DNA of 64,000 nucleotides from Octopus sinensis (Eukaryota): NCBI RefSeq assembly GCF_006345805.1, contig NC_042997.1, positions 154,566,001 to 154,630,000 of the forward strand, read 5' to 3'. Shown piece by piece: positions 1 to 15,073 of this stretch (position 1 is its first letter; each line of letters starts with the position of its first letter). The notes under the pieces were generated by a model. It saw only the letters and a program-made list of their open reading frames with translations, ran no database searches and was not told where the DNA came from. The position numbers and the translations under genes were made by a program.

Positions 1-9
1 TATTACTTT

Positions 10-215
10 CAAATTTTGGCACTAGGTTAGTAACTTTTTGGAGAAGAAGACGATTACATCGACCTCAGTGCTCAACTTGCACTTATTTTATCGATCCCGA
101 AAGGATAAAAAGCGAAGTAAACCTCGGCGCAGTTTGAACACAGAATCTAAAGACGGACAGAATGGACCTGAGCATTTTGCCCGGTGTGCTAACGATTCAG
201 CCAACTCGCTGGCTT
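10..215 (-). mobile_element. tRNA-derived SINE family 1, diverged copy
   Basis: Matches the family head GCGAGCTGGCAGAAACGTTAGCACGCCGGG..GTTCTGAGTTCAAATTCCGCCGAGGTCGAC. Further diverged copies lie at ~1125-1260, 13560-13700, 36640-36810, 45380-45560, 47860-48000 and 58780-58940. Confidence 0.8.
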
Positions 216-673
216 TATTGACTTTCCTAATATTGCAAAGCATGGACATAGTTTCGAGTTTAATTCCAATGTACATCACCTTGCCGAAGTATCTTCTGCT
301 ATAGCTCCTTGTGAGCGAATTTGGTAGGCGGACACCATGTGGAAGCACACCAAATATGTGTATGTGTGTGTGTGTCCGCACGTGCATGTGCGCGTATCTT
401 TGAGTTTGTTTCTCCACGGTATGAACCAGTGTTGGTTTGTTTACAATCACCCCCTAAACGCACCTAGTGGTTCGGCAAGAGAGAACACTAGGATTAGTAT
501 GAGATCTTTTAAATAAAAATGTACTCGAGCCGATTTGTTGGATTAAGCCGTACGAGGTCGTGCCCCAACATGGCCACACTCCAATGACTGAAACAAATAA
601 AAGAAAATAATTAGAGGCAATTGTACACACACACGCACACACATACATATGTGTGTGCGTGCATATATACATG

Positions 674-709
<36 letters not shown>

Positions 710-1645
710 CGCGCTTATATATATATAGATATATCACCGTGACCGACCAGGCTATCAGATGTTGCTACACATCGCTGGTCACAATGCCATTTTCATTATT
801 GTAGCCTTCAAGTACAAGTAACGCCACCCCGGTTGCTAAGCGTGCAGGTCAATATATATATATATATTATAATATATATATATATATTATAATATATATA
901 TTATAATATATATATATATATATTATATATATATATATATATATACATTATATATATATATACATACATATATATATATATGAATATATGTGTGAGAGTG
1001 TGCGGGTGTTCGTGGGTGTGGGTGTGTTTATTTATGTGTGCGTGCATGTGTGTGCTTGTATGTATGTGTGTATTTGTACACATGCCTCTAATTAAGATTC
1101 AAGGCAAGCCATATTGGGTGAAGATTACATTGCTACCATTATTTCTCAGATACTTTATTTTATCGACCTCGGAGTGATGAAAGGCAAATTACTCGTAGAA
1201 CTCGGCAGTATTTGAACTCAGAACGTTACAAGGCGTGAACAAACACCACAAGGTATGATTCCGACTCTATGACGATTCTAAATAACATATAATACTTTAC
1301 GAATCAGCTTTTTCCCCTTCAACTTAGTTTTAAAATGAAGCCGGAAATTACCAGTAAAAACGTTAGATACCCATTATTTTGCGGAGCAGAATAATTTTAG
1401 ATATTCTGTAGTGGCTTATTTATATTGCATAGACCAAAAGTTACAACGGAGCTTTTGTTAGAAAGCATTCATCCTCGTCTAGTCAACATCTAATTTGAAA
1501 AGCTGTCACTTTTCACATTTGTACATCTCCATGGAGATCACTGATAGTATACAGTGAGTCAGATATGATCAGATTTGAAAGTTTGAAGCCGTCCATATCT
1601 ACTACTTGTAATGTTAGAAGTATGTGTATAAGTATATATATATAT

Positions 1646-1707
<62 letters not shown>

Positions 1708-1744
1708 GTGCGTTTGTTTGTGTGTGTGTGCATGCCTTTTTTTT

Positions 1745-2037
1745 ATTTCCTTTTTTTCTTGTTTCAGTCATTTGACTGCGGCCATGATGAAGCACCGCCT
1801 TCAATGATTTGAATCGAACAAATCGCCCCCACAGCATACTTTTGAAAGACTTGTACTTAATCTATCGGTCTCGTTTGCTGAACCGCGAGACTACGGGGAC
1901 GTAAACACACCAACACCGTTGTCAAGCGGTGGTGGGTGACAAACAGAGACACGCATATAGATACGCACACACACACACGAACACACACACACGAACACAC
2001 ACAAAAAACGCACACACAAACACAGACACACACACAG

Positions 2038-2086
<49 letters not shown>

Positions 2087-2255
2087 CGACAGGCTTCTTT
2101 CAGTTTCCGTCTACCAAATGAAACTCACAAGGCTTTGGTCAGCACGAAGCTATAATAGAAGACACCCAAGGTGCCCTGGAATCGGACTGAATCTGGGACC
2201 AGGTGGTTATATAGTTGGCTTCTTACCACACAACCACAACTGTGCACATATATGT
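1745..2255 (-). mobile_element. tRNA-derived SINE family 2 with internal microsatellite
   Basis: The head GTGG(C)TGTGTGGTAAGAAG..GGTTCAGT (A/B-box-like), an internal (AT)n(GT)n tract and the tail GGTGCTCCAGCATGGCCGCAGTCAAATGACTGAAAC. A related plus-strand 3' half is at ~310-608 and a head-only copy at ~52225-52305. Confidence 0.88.
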
Positions 2256-2306
2256 ATGTGTGTGTCTGTGTGTATGCATATACGTAAACATATATGTATG
2301 TATATA

Positions 2307-2348
<42 letters not shown>

Positions 2349-2534
2349 CAATATAAGGAATGGCCATATTGGACATTCGACTCACTAGAAAGAGCAGCCA
2401 AACTCAAATCGCTAAATAGTTGTAATTCTGAAATAGAAAGAGAAATAAAAACGTTTACTTCTTTCATCTCTGGACTATGCATAGTTTCGGCAAACTTAGG
2501 CAACAAATTAATTAAATTAATTAAATTCATTTAT

Positions 2535-2579
<45 letters not shown>

Positions 2580-3130
2580 ATACATACATACATACATACA
2601 TGCATATATACACAGACACACGCGCGCGCAAACACACACACACACATACATTATAAACAGATGAATGGGTTATCCGGTACTACTACAATTGTTTCATTAA
2701 GAGTTTTTATTGTGCTGTGAACATGGTACGGTGAGGTAGGCACCATGCACAACATCCATAATATTATGCAATACATTATGCAAGTCTTAAACGCATCAGG
2801 CTTGCCAAATATACAAGCGAGCAGTGACACGCTGATGAATTAAAAACTCATCAACAAGGGAAATTTTAAATCAGAAAAATAGGTCAGATGTAAAAACAAA
2901 CATACACATTATGACAGCCTTTCAAGGATTGCTTTTCAACGTGGAATTAAGTCTGGGTTTATCATTACATGGAAATACAAGACCTAGTAATTTAAAATAT
3001 TCTTTTCATCATCTAAAACTCGCTTTGAAGCTTTCGAATATAAATTTATTATACATAATTATTACAAACACTGCTATTCAACCTTCAATCATTTCAAATG
3101 TTTAAATTATACGCACGCGCACTATTTATT

Positions 3131-3194
<64 letters not shown>

Positions 3195-3195
3195 C

Positions 3196-3237
<42 letters not shown>

Positions 3238-3419
3238 TATATATACACACACACACACATAATGCATGCATATATGTATATTTTGTATATATATTTTTTT
3301 CGTACACACCTCCCCCCACACACGTACAATTCTTTTTAGCTCTTTTACTAGTTTCAGCTCGATTGCGGCGACCATGCTGGAGCACCGCCATTAATTTTGC
3401 TTCACTTACATTACTTAAA

Positions 3420-3860
3420 ATTTCCTCTGATATGTGAAGTTTGGTCAATGAGAGACTTTTAATGTTGTTGTCCTTATTTGCTTTTCCTGCTGCGAGGAAG
3501 GTTCATCCAAAACTCTTGACAAGAGAAGATCTAGTTTTGTTTTGAAGATACCTATATCTATCCCATATAGGTCTCTCAGACTTTTTTGGGAGGATATTGA
3601 AAAGATGTGGGCCCTTGAAGCCCAAGCTGTTGCAGTATCTAGTCTTGTATCTTGAAGGCGATGTCGGGATCTTTGGCACTATTAAGTGGTGCCCCGTTCA
3701 GCTGTTTGTGTAACTTTAAATGCCAATGTTTTGTACAAGTCCTTCCCACATTCTAAGGAGTAGAGTTATAACTTTTTCAGCCTTCCCCCGTAGCTGTTCC
3801 GTGGCATTGAAACAATTTTCTTTATGTAGCTTTGCTGGATTGATCAAGTTCCGCCGTTTA
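3420..3860 (-). mobile_element. CR1-like LINE ORF2 3' fragment
   Basis: The minus strand reads GRLKKL*LYSL..SRYKTRYCNSLGFKGPHLFNILP..IFKTKLDLLLSRVLDEP. It is of the same type as the element at 40487-41103. Confidence 0.8.
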
Positions 3861-3967
3861 TACACACACATTCATACATACAAGCACATATACACTCCAT
3901 GAATGTATTTTCTTTTATTCGTATTCGTATTCTGTATCTGTACATTTGAACACACATATACATAAAC

Positions 3968-4000
<33 letters not shown>

Positions 4001-4771
4001 ATATGAATACATGCAAGTATACATTCATAGTCTGTATGTACTCGAACACATTTGCATATATACACATATACACCAACATATAACTATATACATACATCTG
4101 TACATTCATATATACATACATGTATACTCACATACATACACGCACAAATACATTGTAACTTTACACGCAGAAGCTAATTTGCTCATTAAAACAACGTAAT
4201 GGCGATCATCCAATCATTATAGTATAAGATCACCTAATTATACGCCACACGATCACAACACGTGTTAATTAATATTTCTTAGATAAGTTGGAATGATACT
4301 ATTCAGCACTTAATAGAGTCAGTTTATGTCTCCAGCTCTTGACTTCTTCATTAACATTTACAACACGAGATACCCTTGACAGAGATACACACAGATCCAT
4401 TACATCTCTTATTTCAATTTTTTCCTCTAGTTTCCAAACGCACCCAAGTTACTCAGCCGATAAAAGATAGTAAACAGTCGAATAAATTCAGTTAAATTTG
4501 CTGTTATTCCTGTTGTCGCTTTATCGCGTGTTTTATTGAAACATCACCAACAGTGAAGTTACTATTACCTTGTTTTCCAACCGAATGCTTTCGATCTAAT
4601 TAATGCAATATTGCGCCGACGAAATTTAATAAAATATTCATTAGTAGACAATTTTGAAAAATGTTGCTAAATATTGTCCTTTCAATAACTATCAAATTAT
4701 ATAGCTGACCACCAGTTAGAACCGTTCGGTATAAATGCTTGTATTGATAGAAATATATATGCATGTGTATG

Positions 4772-4866
<95 letters not shown>

Positions 4867-4999
4867 CTGTATGCTAAATGTAAAACTATATATCTATGTA
4901 AAATATATACATATATGTGTGTAAAATGTGTGTGCCTATATATGTATATATATATATATATTATATATATACATGTATATATATATGTATATATATATG

Positions 5000-5104
<105 letters not shown>

Positions 5105-5715
5105 ATTTACTCATAAACACACACACACATAACTGAACAGCACAATATCTGAGTATAAGGGTCAACTGAAATTGTGCGTTCAACTGGCAATCGTTGTTAT
5201 CCAGCTTCAGCAATCTATGAATAAGTTTCATGCTATCCATTCGTGTTCAATTTGCATGTCAGTGTTTGCTAATGTATTGGTCTAATAGGTCTGCAATTTC
5301 AAAGATACTTGCAAATACGAGCAGCTCTCTTGTAAAGAATTATGCATGAGGCTCGATATATATGTAAATGTTAATCTCGAAATGTATTCAAGGGTTTTTG
5401 GTGCGCGCTCTTTCGGTTAGAACACCGGCTTTGAGTTGCACGCAGGTTTCAAGTCTCTACAACATGTATTGAATACGCTTTTATTCGTTTGTAATCGAAA
5501 AGTGAATGTGTGTGTATGTGCGTGAGTGTGTGTGTATGTGCATGAGTGTGTGTGTATGTGTGTGTGTGTTTTAGTATATTCGTGTGTATGCTATTTTAAA
5601 CCACATAGTTATAACCTGAGCATTTGCTGTTAGTGTGACTATATTGAGAGAAGTGTCGAATGCATTGCGAAGATCAAATTGACTGGGATTTCAGGGTTTC
5701 GGTCTATCGCCTGTC

Positions 5716-5718
<3 letters not shown>

Positions 5719-5776
<58 letters not shown>

Positions 5777-5799
5777 ACACACACACACACACACATACG

Positions 5800-5830
<31 letters not shown>
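5719..5830. repeat. (CA)n microsatellite (representative of dozens of CA/AT/AG tracts)
   Basis: Direct reading. Others include 14977-15070 (TG)n, 30397-30710 (AT)-rich and 50405-50470 (AT)n. Confidence 0.97.
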
Positions 5831-7189
5831 AAACATGCATGTGTTTGTATAAGTATGTGTATTAAGGCTCAGCTATAGCTATTCAGTACTCTTTCTCCGT
5901 TCGTTTGCACAGTCATTCGCTTGTGTATGAATGCTTGTATGTATGCATGTGTGTGCGTGTGTGTACGTATGTGTGTGCGTGTGTATGTATATGTGTGTGT
6001 GCGTGCGTGTCTGCGTGTCTGCGTGTGTGCGTGTATATGCGTGTTGTACGCGTGTGTAAACCGATCTAAACCGGTTGTAATTACTCTTTAACTTCCATCT
6101 TTCATCTATGTATATCATAAAACATCATAAGCTGTCTGTAGTCTGGATATTTCACAAATAGCCATGTCAATTAACAACCATAATTCGTTTTTACAATAGA
6201 TTAGTTTTCGTGTTTGGTCTCACAAGATTACAGAAGGTCAGATACGATAGATAACATGTTTTATTTAGTTTAGATTGTCACGTGATCCAATATTCTGCGA
6301 ATAATCATTTCCCCCCAATGTATAAACTAATTTTTGTAATAGAATATTATATATTGCAACTGAAAGGGGACGAAAGCTCTTCACCGACAGTATTATATAC
6401 AAGCTTATACCCATCGAAGTAAGTGTCTGTAAATAACCATTCTTGCTTCATTGATATACACTTCAATAGAAACGATCTGAATCAGATTTATCATCCAACA
6501 CCACGTATCTCTATTAATGGTAAATAGAATTTTGAATGCTGTGAATGTTTAGTGCATTATTATCAACAGATACTTTATACTGCACACACTTCATAAAATC
6601 TTTATTTGATTTACGATTGAAACGTGTGACTGTGTAGAAGTATTACAATTGTAAATATATATTAAGGCTTCCAATATTTTTGAATGTACAGTCACAGATA
6701 ATGCGAATGTGTATAAGCGCTAGAGTTATGTCACGTGCATTCAATGAACAGAGATATAGTTAGAGAAACAGAGATAGAATGAAGGAGAACGAGAGAGAGA
6801 GAAAGAGAACATGAGAATTACTTTGGTTACATAATGTCTACTTGACACATTTTCAGAGTTCATAGTATTAGTAATGCTATGCTAGCTGTTTCAACTGTTG
6901 CTTATTTTCAGATCGGTCTTGGTCGAAAATGTTCCAGTCGTGTCTTTGTGTAACTTTGGCTACGGTGTCCTTATGCTTCGTTTCTTGCATAAGATATTAT
7001 TGAGTAATTTGAGAGAGATTTGGAAGCTGTTTTTACCAGTCGTGTAACTGCGTAGAGATTTCCTCACTAGCTCGTAATTATATTATTTGACCAACATTTG
7101 AAAATTAAGTTGATAACTAGTTTTCATCCTGTCTAGTAATATTAATCATTATAATGGTTATTATCACTATTTCATTAGTTTTATTATTT

Positions 7190-9600
7190 TTATTGTGTGC
7201 TTTCGCTGTATAACCCAGTGTAGTTCTGTTTGTTAAAGATATGCCTTGTGACCTATGCCTAGTGGTTTTAAATACTTCTTTTGTACTGAAAAATTATGGA
7301 TGTGTAGCATTTGCTATTTCTTGTTTCTTTAGTAATATGGATCAAATAGTTTTCTTTCAGTCAGCCATCCAGGTATTCTTTTATGTTATTTACGAAAGGT
7401 CGCTGCATATTTTTTCCAACAAGCAATTCATGTTTGCCTGTTGAGTATATCTACCAGAAATTTGGGACCATGTCACTTCCCGATGACTTCAACGTGATTA
7501 TTTTTGCAGTGACTGGGCTATCTCTTGGGTTGATATGGTTTCCTTCCATTGTTCAGATGCTGAATTTATTGCTTCGAACATTCTCGCTTGTAATGACCCC
7601 TTTAGTATTATTATCCTCCATTACATTTATCTATTTCTCTTTCTATTGATGCTGTATTGATTTTTATTATATCTTTACCGAGGTTTTGATAAAACTATTT
7701 TATGTCAGAATTTATGCATTGATTCGAATCGTTTCTTTTTCTGTTGATCTTTGACCATATCTGGCCCCAATCTCTATGTAGATGAATTAGCATTTATAAG
7801 GGAATATTCTCTGTGGCATTCTGTGAAACTTTTCGAGGAACGTGCTTGTAACATCTATTTTCTGCTGGTATTCCATAATATATGTATAGCTTCCGGAATA
7901 AGAGTCCTTCAACTTTCTAATAGCTCTACATTTATTCCCTTTTGTCCAAAATAGAAAAACTACAAGGAAAGTGAATAATTGTTTCTTCAGACCATTTATA
8001 TATTCTACTGTAAAATTTGTATTCTGCTTCAGTTTGCGCTTTTGGTAACCTCTGGTATTATATACTTTTGGTAACCGCAGTACAAGGCTACAATCTGTAG
8101 CCCTGTGTCGTGATTAAAACCTTTTAGCATCAGTAGTGATTCCTGCTTTGCTCCTCTACCACCGAGTTTTGTTTTTCTTTATTCACTTCCACTTGTTTAG
8201 TCTTCTGGGAGTATTGTCGATATAGCGCTATATCGTGCTCTTCTCTTGACATTTTGATATTTTGTAATTCTATCTTCAATTACTTTTTTAGCTTTGTTTT
8301 CTTTTTTTAAACATGTTCTCATGTTGGTTTTTGATCCTCTTAACTGCTGTCTATTACTCTAGCTTTCAGTTAAATATTTGTTGGCTTTGTTGAGATTTAT
8401 TTATGTTTTGAAGATATTTGTGTTATTTTTCCTTTTAGTTCTATAAAAAATATTTTTATAGTCTTAAAGTAGATATTTAAAAAAAATTCTAGCTGCAAAT
8501 TTCCACCTCTCTACATTCGTGTTCAATTTTTTCTGCGTCGCTTTTGCGATGGCGCATTTTAAAATCAGTCATTAATTTTCTTGTTTGTTTATGCCTAGTC
8601 TTGGTAAACTACCTTCCAGTCAAGAATATCCTGGCTCTAACGTATTAACTAAACCAGCTAGTGTATTGATATCTATATAACCTTACATTTTGCATTTAGC
8701 TCAGTTTTAATGTATTTATTTCAAGCGCCTACAACACCTCTTTCTAATAGATTCTTCATTTTTTTCTTGTTTATGTGTATGTGTGTGTGATCTACCTAGT
8801 GTATTAATGCAAAAAGTTTTTGTAAATATATTTGTTATAATTCTCTTATTTTTATTACTGTAACGGGTATGATATGAATGGATTAATATTCACTGTTTCC
8901 CAGTTTACAAGTCTACTTTGGCGCATTTCTCCAAACTGAATTTTCTGCTAAGTTTTTGATGAATTCGTGAAATGGATGTTGCAGAGCTTCTAGTTGGTTG
9001 TTATCTCCAGTCTACACCCTGAGATAATCCACATACAAGAGATGGTTGATTATTATCGCTATTATTATTACTTATTTGTATCCATATTTTAGCCAAGTTA
9101 AGCATGTCGGCTGTTGCTTAGACTCAGACCAGCTATTAGCAATCCATTTTTATTTTTGTAGACAATTCTTATATGATTACATTATCCTGTGGATCCTTCC
9201 TCCTCAGACAGTAACATATGATTTCAGGGAAATTTGGTTACTATTTCTAACATGTTGAACAACTACATAGAAACTTCCTCTCTGGTCAGTTTAGTAGGTT
9301 GGGCAATGAAGTTCTATGATTTTCAGAACTTCTTTTATTGAATCTCTTTACTAGTTGTATTTTTGTAGCAACTGTTATCAATTATGTATCAATTGTTTCT
9401 TTCCTCTCAGCTCGAAATAAATTTCATTTAGTTGACTTTATTGGAAAAAGAGAATCCTTTTTGAAAGCTTGTTCAAAGAGGCCACTCATTATAAAAGTAT
9501 ACCCACTTTCAAAAATTTCTCGACAAACAAATATTTTAGAGGTAGGACTTAATCTATAGTACAAATATTGCGTCTAAGTTTCATTGAAATGTGTATTCGA
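7190..9600 (-). mobile_element. Highly decayed LINE with RT remnants
   Basis: QGYRL*P (8105-8085, a QG..LSP motif) and SYTY-GIP (~7885, a YKYLG-like motif). An ATT-rich tail lies at ~7130-7195. Boundaries and clade are uncertain. Confidence 0.55.
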
Positions 9601-9873
9601 GTTACAAGACTGTACTATGACCAACTTGTGCCTGGTTGTTCGTAGCCTAAAACTGAAATCCAGTAATGAATTTCTTATACATTCACAATTTTTCAGAGTT
9701 AGAGTATAGGGATGTTAAAATATTTCTAAAGAGAAGATGGCTGTGGCAGTGTAATGTTCATATCTTTATCAAAACCATTAGCAGAAGTGAAACAAAGATT
9801 TTAAGGGAGAAGAAAACGAAACAAGGTTTTGGGCTCAATTCGCCGTTATCTTCTTACTATTAATAATGGTATC

Positions 9874-10462
9874 TCATTTCCTTAAATCTAATATCTTTTC
9901 ATCAGTGTTATTATCTCTTTGTCTTGGATAGAATCCCGAAAGCAACGAACTAAGCATAATATCATAAGGTGGTTTGAGAAAGGTACCAAAACCATATGAA
10001 ACATAGTCGTCATGAGCCACGTTACTACATCATATATGCCACTCTTCATAAAATGGTAAAAATGTCAGTTATCTTTAAGTTGCACATCTAACTGGATCGA
10101 GTTTCAGCAAAGTGTATTTAATTTAAAAAGTTCAGCATATTAGCGCATAGTTTACCACAGAAAAGGTTGGATTTAAGTATTCTTACCACGTTTCAAATTC
10201 ATGTGATTCAACTATGCCTGCGTTGCTGTACATATATTTTCCTTTACATCCATTTAATAATAAAATGTAGCTAAAAGTTGTTTGTCTTTTGTTTTTCGGT
10301 AGAATTTTACCGACATTTTGTTTTCTGTCGAATGGAAGAGTTCTTTGCAAAAGAAAGCTAGTATACAAACACAAAATTTCATACTATTAAATAAATAATG
10401 TTTGCTATCTATTCTTCTCTCTTGTGCGACCAGTGAACTTACGATAATAACATATACCTCAT
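9874..10462 (-). CDS. Three-coding-exon gene for an 84 aa putative secreted protein of unknown family
   Basis: Coding exons are 10462-10443 (ATG..TC|GTAAGT; exon acceptor TTTAG at 10474), 10270-10187 (TTTTAG|..TG|GTAAGA) and 10024-9874 (TGTAG|..TGA). The phase-2 introns of 172 and 162 nt join in frame to MRYMLLSYILLLNGCKGKYMYSNAGIVESHEFETCNVAHDDYVSYGFGTFLKPPYDIMLSSLLSGFYPRQRDNNTDEKILDLRK. The N-terminus resembles a signal peptide. The exon-3 acceptor has a weak pyrimidine tract. Confidence 0.65.
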
Positions 10463-11017
10463 ATTAAGTACAGCTAAACTCAATTTCCAAGATTTATCCC
10501 CAGGTGCAATTTTCGATAAAGTCACATGACAGTTAAACCAAAAATATTGTTTCAGCACAGCTAGTCAGTTAGTATTCACAGTAGCATAGGAATATACATG
10601 TTGTACAAAGCTTGCAAACTAACACATTGTTTCACAATATATAAGACAATAAATGTATATATGGACACACATTCCTTCAATAGTTCTACTAATAAGAATA
10701 ATACTCAAGGGTATAAGGAATGTAATTATACCTACATCTATACGTATACTCACACGTATTAAAAGATTTACGAAAATACACGCAGCTATGGAATGAATAT
10801 ATAAATAAATAAATTACATGTCCATGCTGCAAGTTGGCTCCCAGGCAGCTGCCTTTACATGTTTCTATTGTTTCATCAAATACAAATGAATAAGTATAAT
10901 GTACATTATATATATACACACGCATATACTGTATATTAGTGGTATCATGACTCTAGCAAGACAATAGGTCTATAACGATTTTAACGTTTATATCTATAAG
11001 TATGTGTGTGTTTTGTG

Positions 11018-11058
<41 letters not shown>

Positions 11059-11476
11059 GCACATACACACACTCACACATACACACACAAATGCACATAT
11101 ATATATATACACATACATACGTATATGTACATGCATGTGTGTATGATTGAATTTTATAACGTACTTGATGAAAGAAACAGTAAGATGTATATTTAATATA
11201 GATTCTACTAAAAATCACAAAAAATCAACAAATTGAAACATGGTCTTATAAAACCATATAATTTTTTTAAAACCAAATTTCGTGCACGAAAAGAATTTAT
11301 ATGTATATAAAGTAGAAACACACCCACACATGAAAATACCCGCACACATACGTAGTGAAACGCACATACGCACACATATATTTGAGTGTGCGTGTCCGTA
11401 ATATCATATTCAAAGTATTGTTCAGATGCAATTCCTTGCATTTCTTCCATTCATCAATCAGTAGAAAGCAACTCAC

Positions 11477-11564
11477 CAGATCGGTAAAGCGTTTCTGTTT
11501 AAATTATTCAATTCTTGCTCCTTCATATTAACCAACTTGCTCTTGTACATTTCAGACATTTATA
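11477..11564 (-). promoter_or_regulatory. Candidate TATA box and first (5' UTR) exon of the 84 aa gene
   Basis: TATAAA on the minus strand at 11564-11559, and a consensus donor CTG|GTGAGT at 11476, about 1 kb upstream of the ATG exon. Confidence 0.3.
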
Positions 11565-12482
11565 ACGAATCAAAACTTCTGAATGGCTTACATGCAAAGT
11601 TCTCTCAACCGTGATATTCGATTTTCCATATCTAACGTACCCACCTATACCATGTAATCGTTCCAGAAACTAACACATCAAGAACTATATACAGTTTTTT
11701 TTGTCCCAATGATGGACAATGTTTCAAGGTGCCTTTCCTTTTTAATTTGTTTCTATTATACACAAACCCTTAACTAGTCAAATTCCACGATAGATGAAGC
11801 AATTTTTCATCCTTTAATCATTCTGAATCGTGAAGCTTATGATCTGGTCCTATTGGCCTAAACTATTAAATAAAGTCAATAGTCAGTTTTGTGTTAGCAT
11901 ATTTAATGCAGTGAGCACAGAATATTTAAGTAGAAACACCTATGTGGAGAGGAAAATGCAATATTAACTCGATTATTTAGCAGCCTGGTGTTAACATATA
12001 TAGTGCAGAGGGTGAACAAAACATCTATGAGAAGAAATTAGAAACACCTATGTGAAACATCTTTGCGGAGAAGAAACATCTATGTGGAGAAGAAAAGATA
12101 TCGTAATTTCGTTAAGAATGAGAAACAATTCAAGACACGTTTCAAATCTATCAGATCTCATCTGCGAAGCATAGATTTCAAATTACTTGCCGAAGAAGTG
12201 AGAGACTTGTTCAGTAGAAATGCGATGTTGTAAACTCGGAGATCGATTACTCGGAGACGCTATCGGCAAGAAAAACAACTGTTAAGTGAGTCATATCATA
12301 TCTCATGCATGGCGCATTAAAAGTCTAAGTAAAAGTAGTTATGTGATGAGAAACAACACAATAATCTACTTTTGCATCCGTTCACGCGATGCAAAATATA
12401 ATATATACACAAACATACAATCAAAGTACGTACACATACACACTCCATACACATACACACATGCACTCACACACGCACACAA

Positions 12483-12549
<67 letters not shown>

Positions 12550-14299
12550 ATTTATGTGTGTGTGTGCGTATGATCAGTTACGTTTGTGTGTTTTAGTTTC
12601 CATGCATACATCAATATCAGATATAAACTAGAAGTAAACAAAGAATTCGATTAATATTGTTTTACTGCTGTTTAGCTCCAGGTCAACAGTGATCGAACCA
12701 GCCTACGATCAAATATGTTTCAGCCGCAACCACTTCGTCTTTATACAGGCATCAAGAACTACATTTTTTTTTAATGTATCGTTTATCTGGCTGCTATATC
12801 ATGCAAGTCGAGTGACCACATAGAAGCTCAATCAAGATTGTTTTATTTTTCTTCTAATTGAAGTGGCAATTCTTATTCAGGTAGAATCAATTTTAAAAGA
12901 AATCAATTTCTTCGATTTCGCACAAAATCTCTATAAGAAGGATATCTTTTTACGAAATGTAGACGATTAAACAGAATAAAGATTTTTAAGTATTGTATCT
13001 TAACTCTTTTCCTGTCCAAAGTATTTTAATAAGTTTGTCCTAAACGCCCAAGCTTGTTTTAAGACTTTTTCATACTTTCTTGTTAGCCCTTGTTTCATAC
13101 GTTCTGAGCTATGATAAGGCTTTCCTTTAATAAGTCCAAAATTACTCTAGTGGCTGAAAAATAAGTAATGTGTATTGTACAATGATGCATGGATATCAAG
13201 GAAATATATCCTGTGTTTGACATGTGATACACAGGACAGGCAAAGAATTATAACTACATTGATTTTTAGCATACGCACATAACCATAAAGTTGAGAAGAG
13301 AAGCCTAGCCGTTTACATTGACATCCAGTAGTCACTGGGATACATTTTATTAACGCCTGACTGATAGAAACAAAACCTAAGTCAGAAGGTTTTGCACCCA
13401 GAAATAAAAAAAATATGTATGTAAATACTGAAAAGCATTTGTTTGTCGGATGCTCTGACGATTTCGCCAGCCCAATTATCAATCTCCTTAACCTAATAAC
13501 TTTAATACGAAACAACGCAGTTGCTCGGTCTGCTACAAAGTATATCGATAGCTGTACTTAACTGTTGTATATTTTATAGATACCAAAAGGATGAAAAATT
13601 AAAGTTGACACCTATCATTGGAATCGAAATCAGAACGTAATGAATTATAATTAACTACCGCTAGATGTTTAGTTTGTCACTTTACCGATCTCGACAATTT
13701 CATTAAATGCACTTATTGCACTGAACACTGATAAATTCGAAAAAGGTCTTCTAGACACAAAGCAATTATATGATGGGTTAAATGTTTTGAGTCAAGTTGC
13801 TGGACTTTTACGTCCGTCACAGGCATAGAGCGCTAACCTCTGTTTACTATCATAAAAATAGCTTAGCACAAACCATTATTATGTTGGTATGAAAAAGCCT
13901 CACCTACCATTCCCTCTAGACTATTAAGTGGACCAAATGCAGTCAAGGTATTTAGCATCACTAAAATAATAATAAAATAGTAAATTGTTTAGCACATGAC
14001 GCTATAAGATTCCGGTTTTACATGTGAAGCTTTTCATATATTTCATCAAGAAATACAATTTACAATGGCATTTTAAACTAGGTTCATAAGGTCACCTGCC
14101 TCGAGAAGGGCATATTTTCATTCCAAATATTCATTATTTTGGATTTAAAAAGTGTTCCAACTGGTCATTCTCTGAAGGTTTAAAGAATCAATGCCATGAG
14201 ACTAAAAGGTTAAATATAAATACGTCAGTTAAGTTTGTTTCATGTTTTAGAATCACAAATGTCAGCACACTCATGTCGCTCACAAACACATGTGCATAC

Positions 14300-14381
<82 letters not shown>

Positions 14382-14562
14382 CATAGTTGTAAATATATGT
14401 AAACACTATGTATATCAGTATGTATGCATATGTATATACGCATGTATGCTTATGTTTTGTACATATGTGTATATGTATGTAGTATGTATATATATATACA
14501 CACACATATATATATATATGTATGTGTCTGTGTATGTTTATGTACATATATATCAATATCTA

Positions 14563-14685
<123 letters not shown>

Positions 14686-14983
14686 ATATGTATATATCTA
14701 CATATATATATATATACATATATATATCATAAAGAATGATAAACACAAGATACCGTATACATATGTATGTGTCTGTGTATGTTTATGTATATATATCAAT
14801 ATCAATATATATATATATATATGTATGTATGTATATATGTATGTATATATGTATGTTTGTATGTATGTATGTATGTATACACATAAACACATATACACAA
14901 TATTTTCCCTGTCCACTAGAATAACAACCGTTCCCTAACAAAATGTGGCCCATGGTAGTATTTAGGTACACATAAATGTGTGT

Positions 14984-15073
<90 letters not shown>

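Noticed and set aside
6343-6418. Isolated plus-strand exon candidate with a GTAAGT donor
   Set aside because: Two frames are open and no partner exon was found; such donors occur often by chance in 64 kb.
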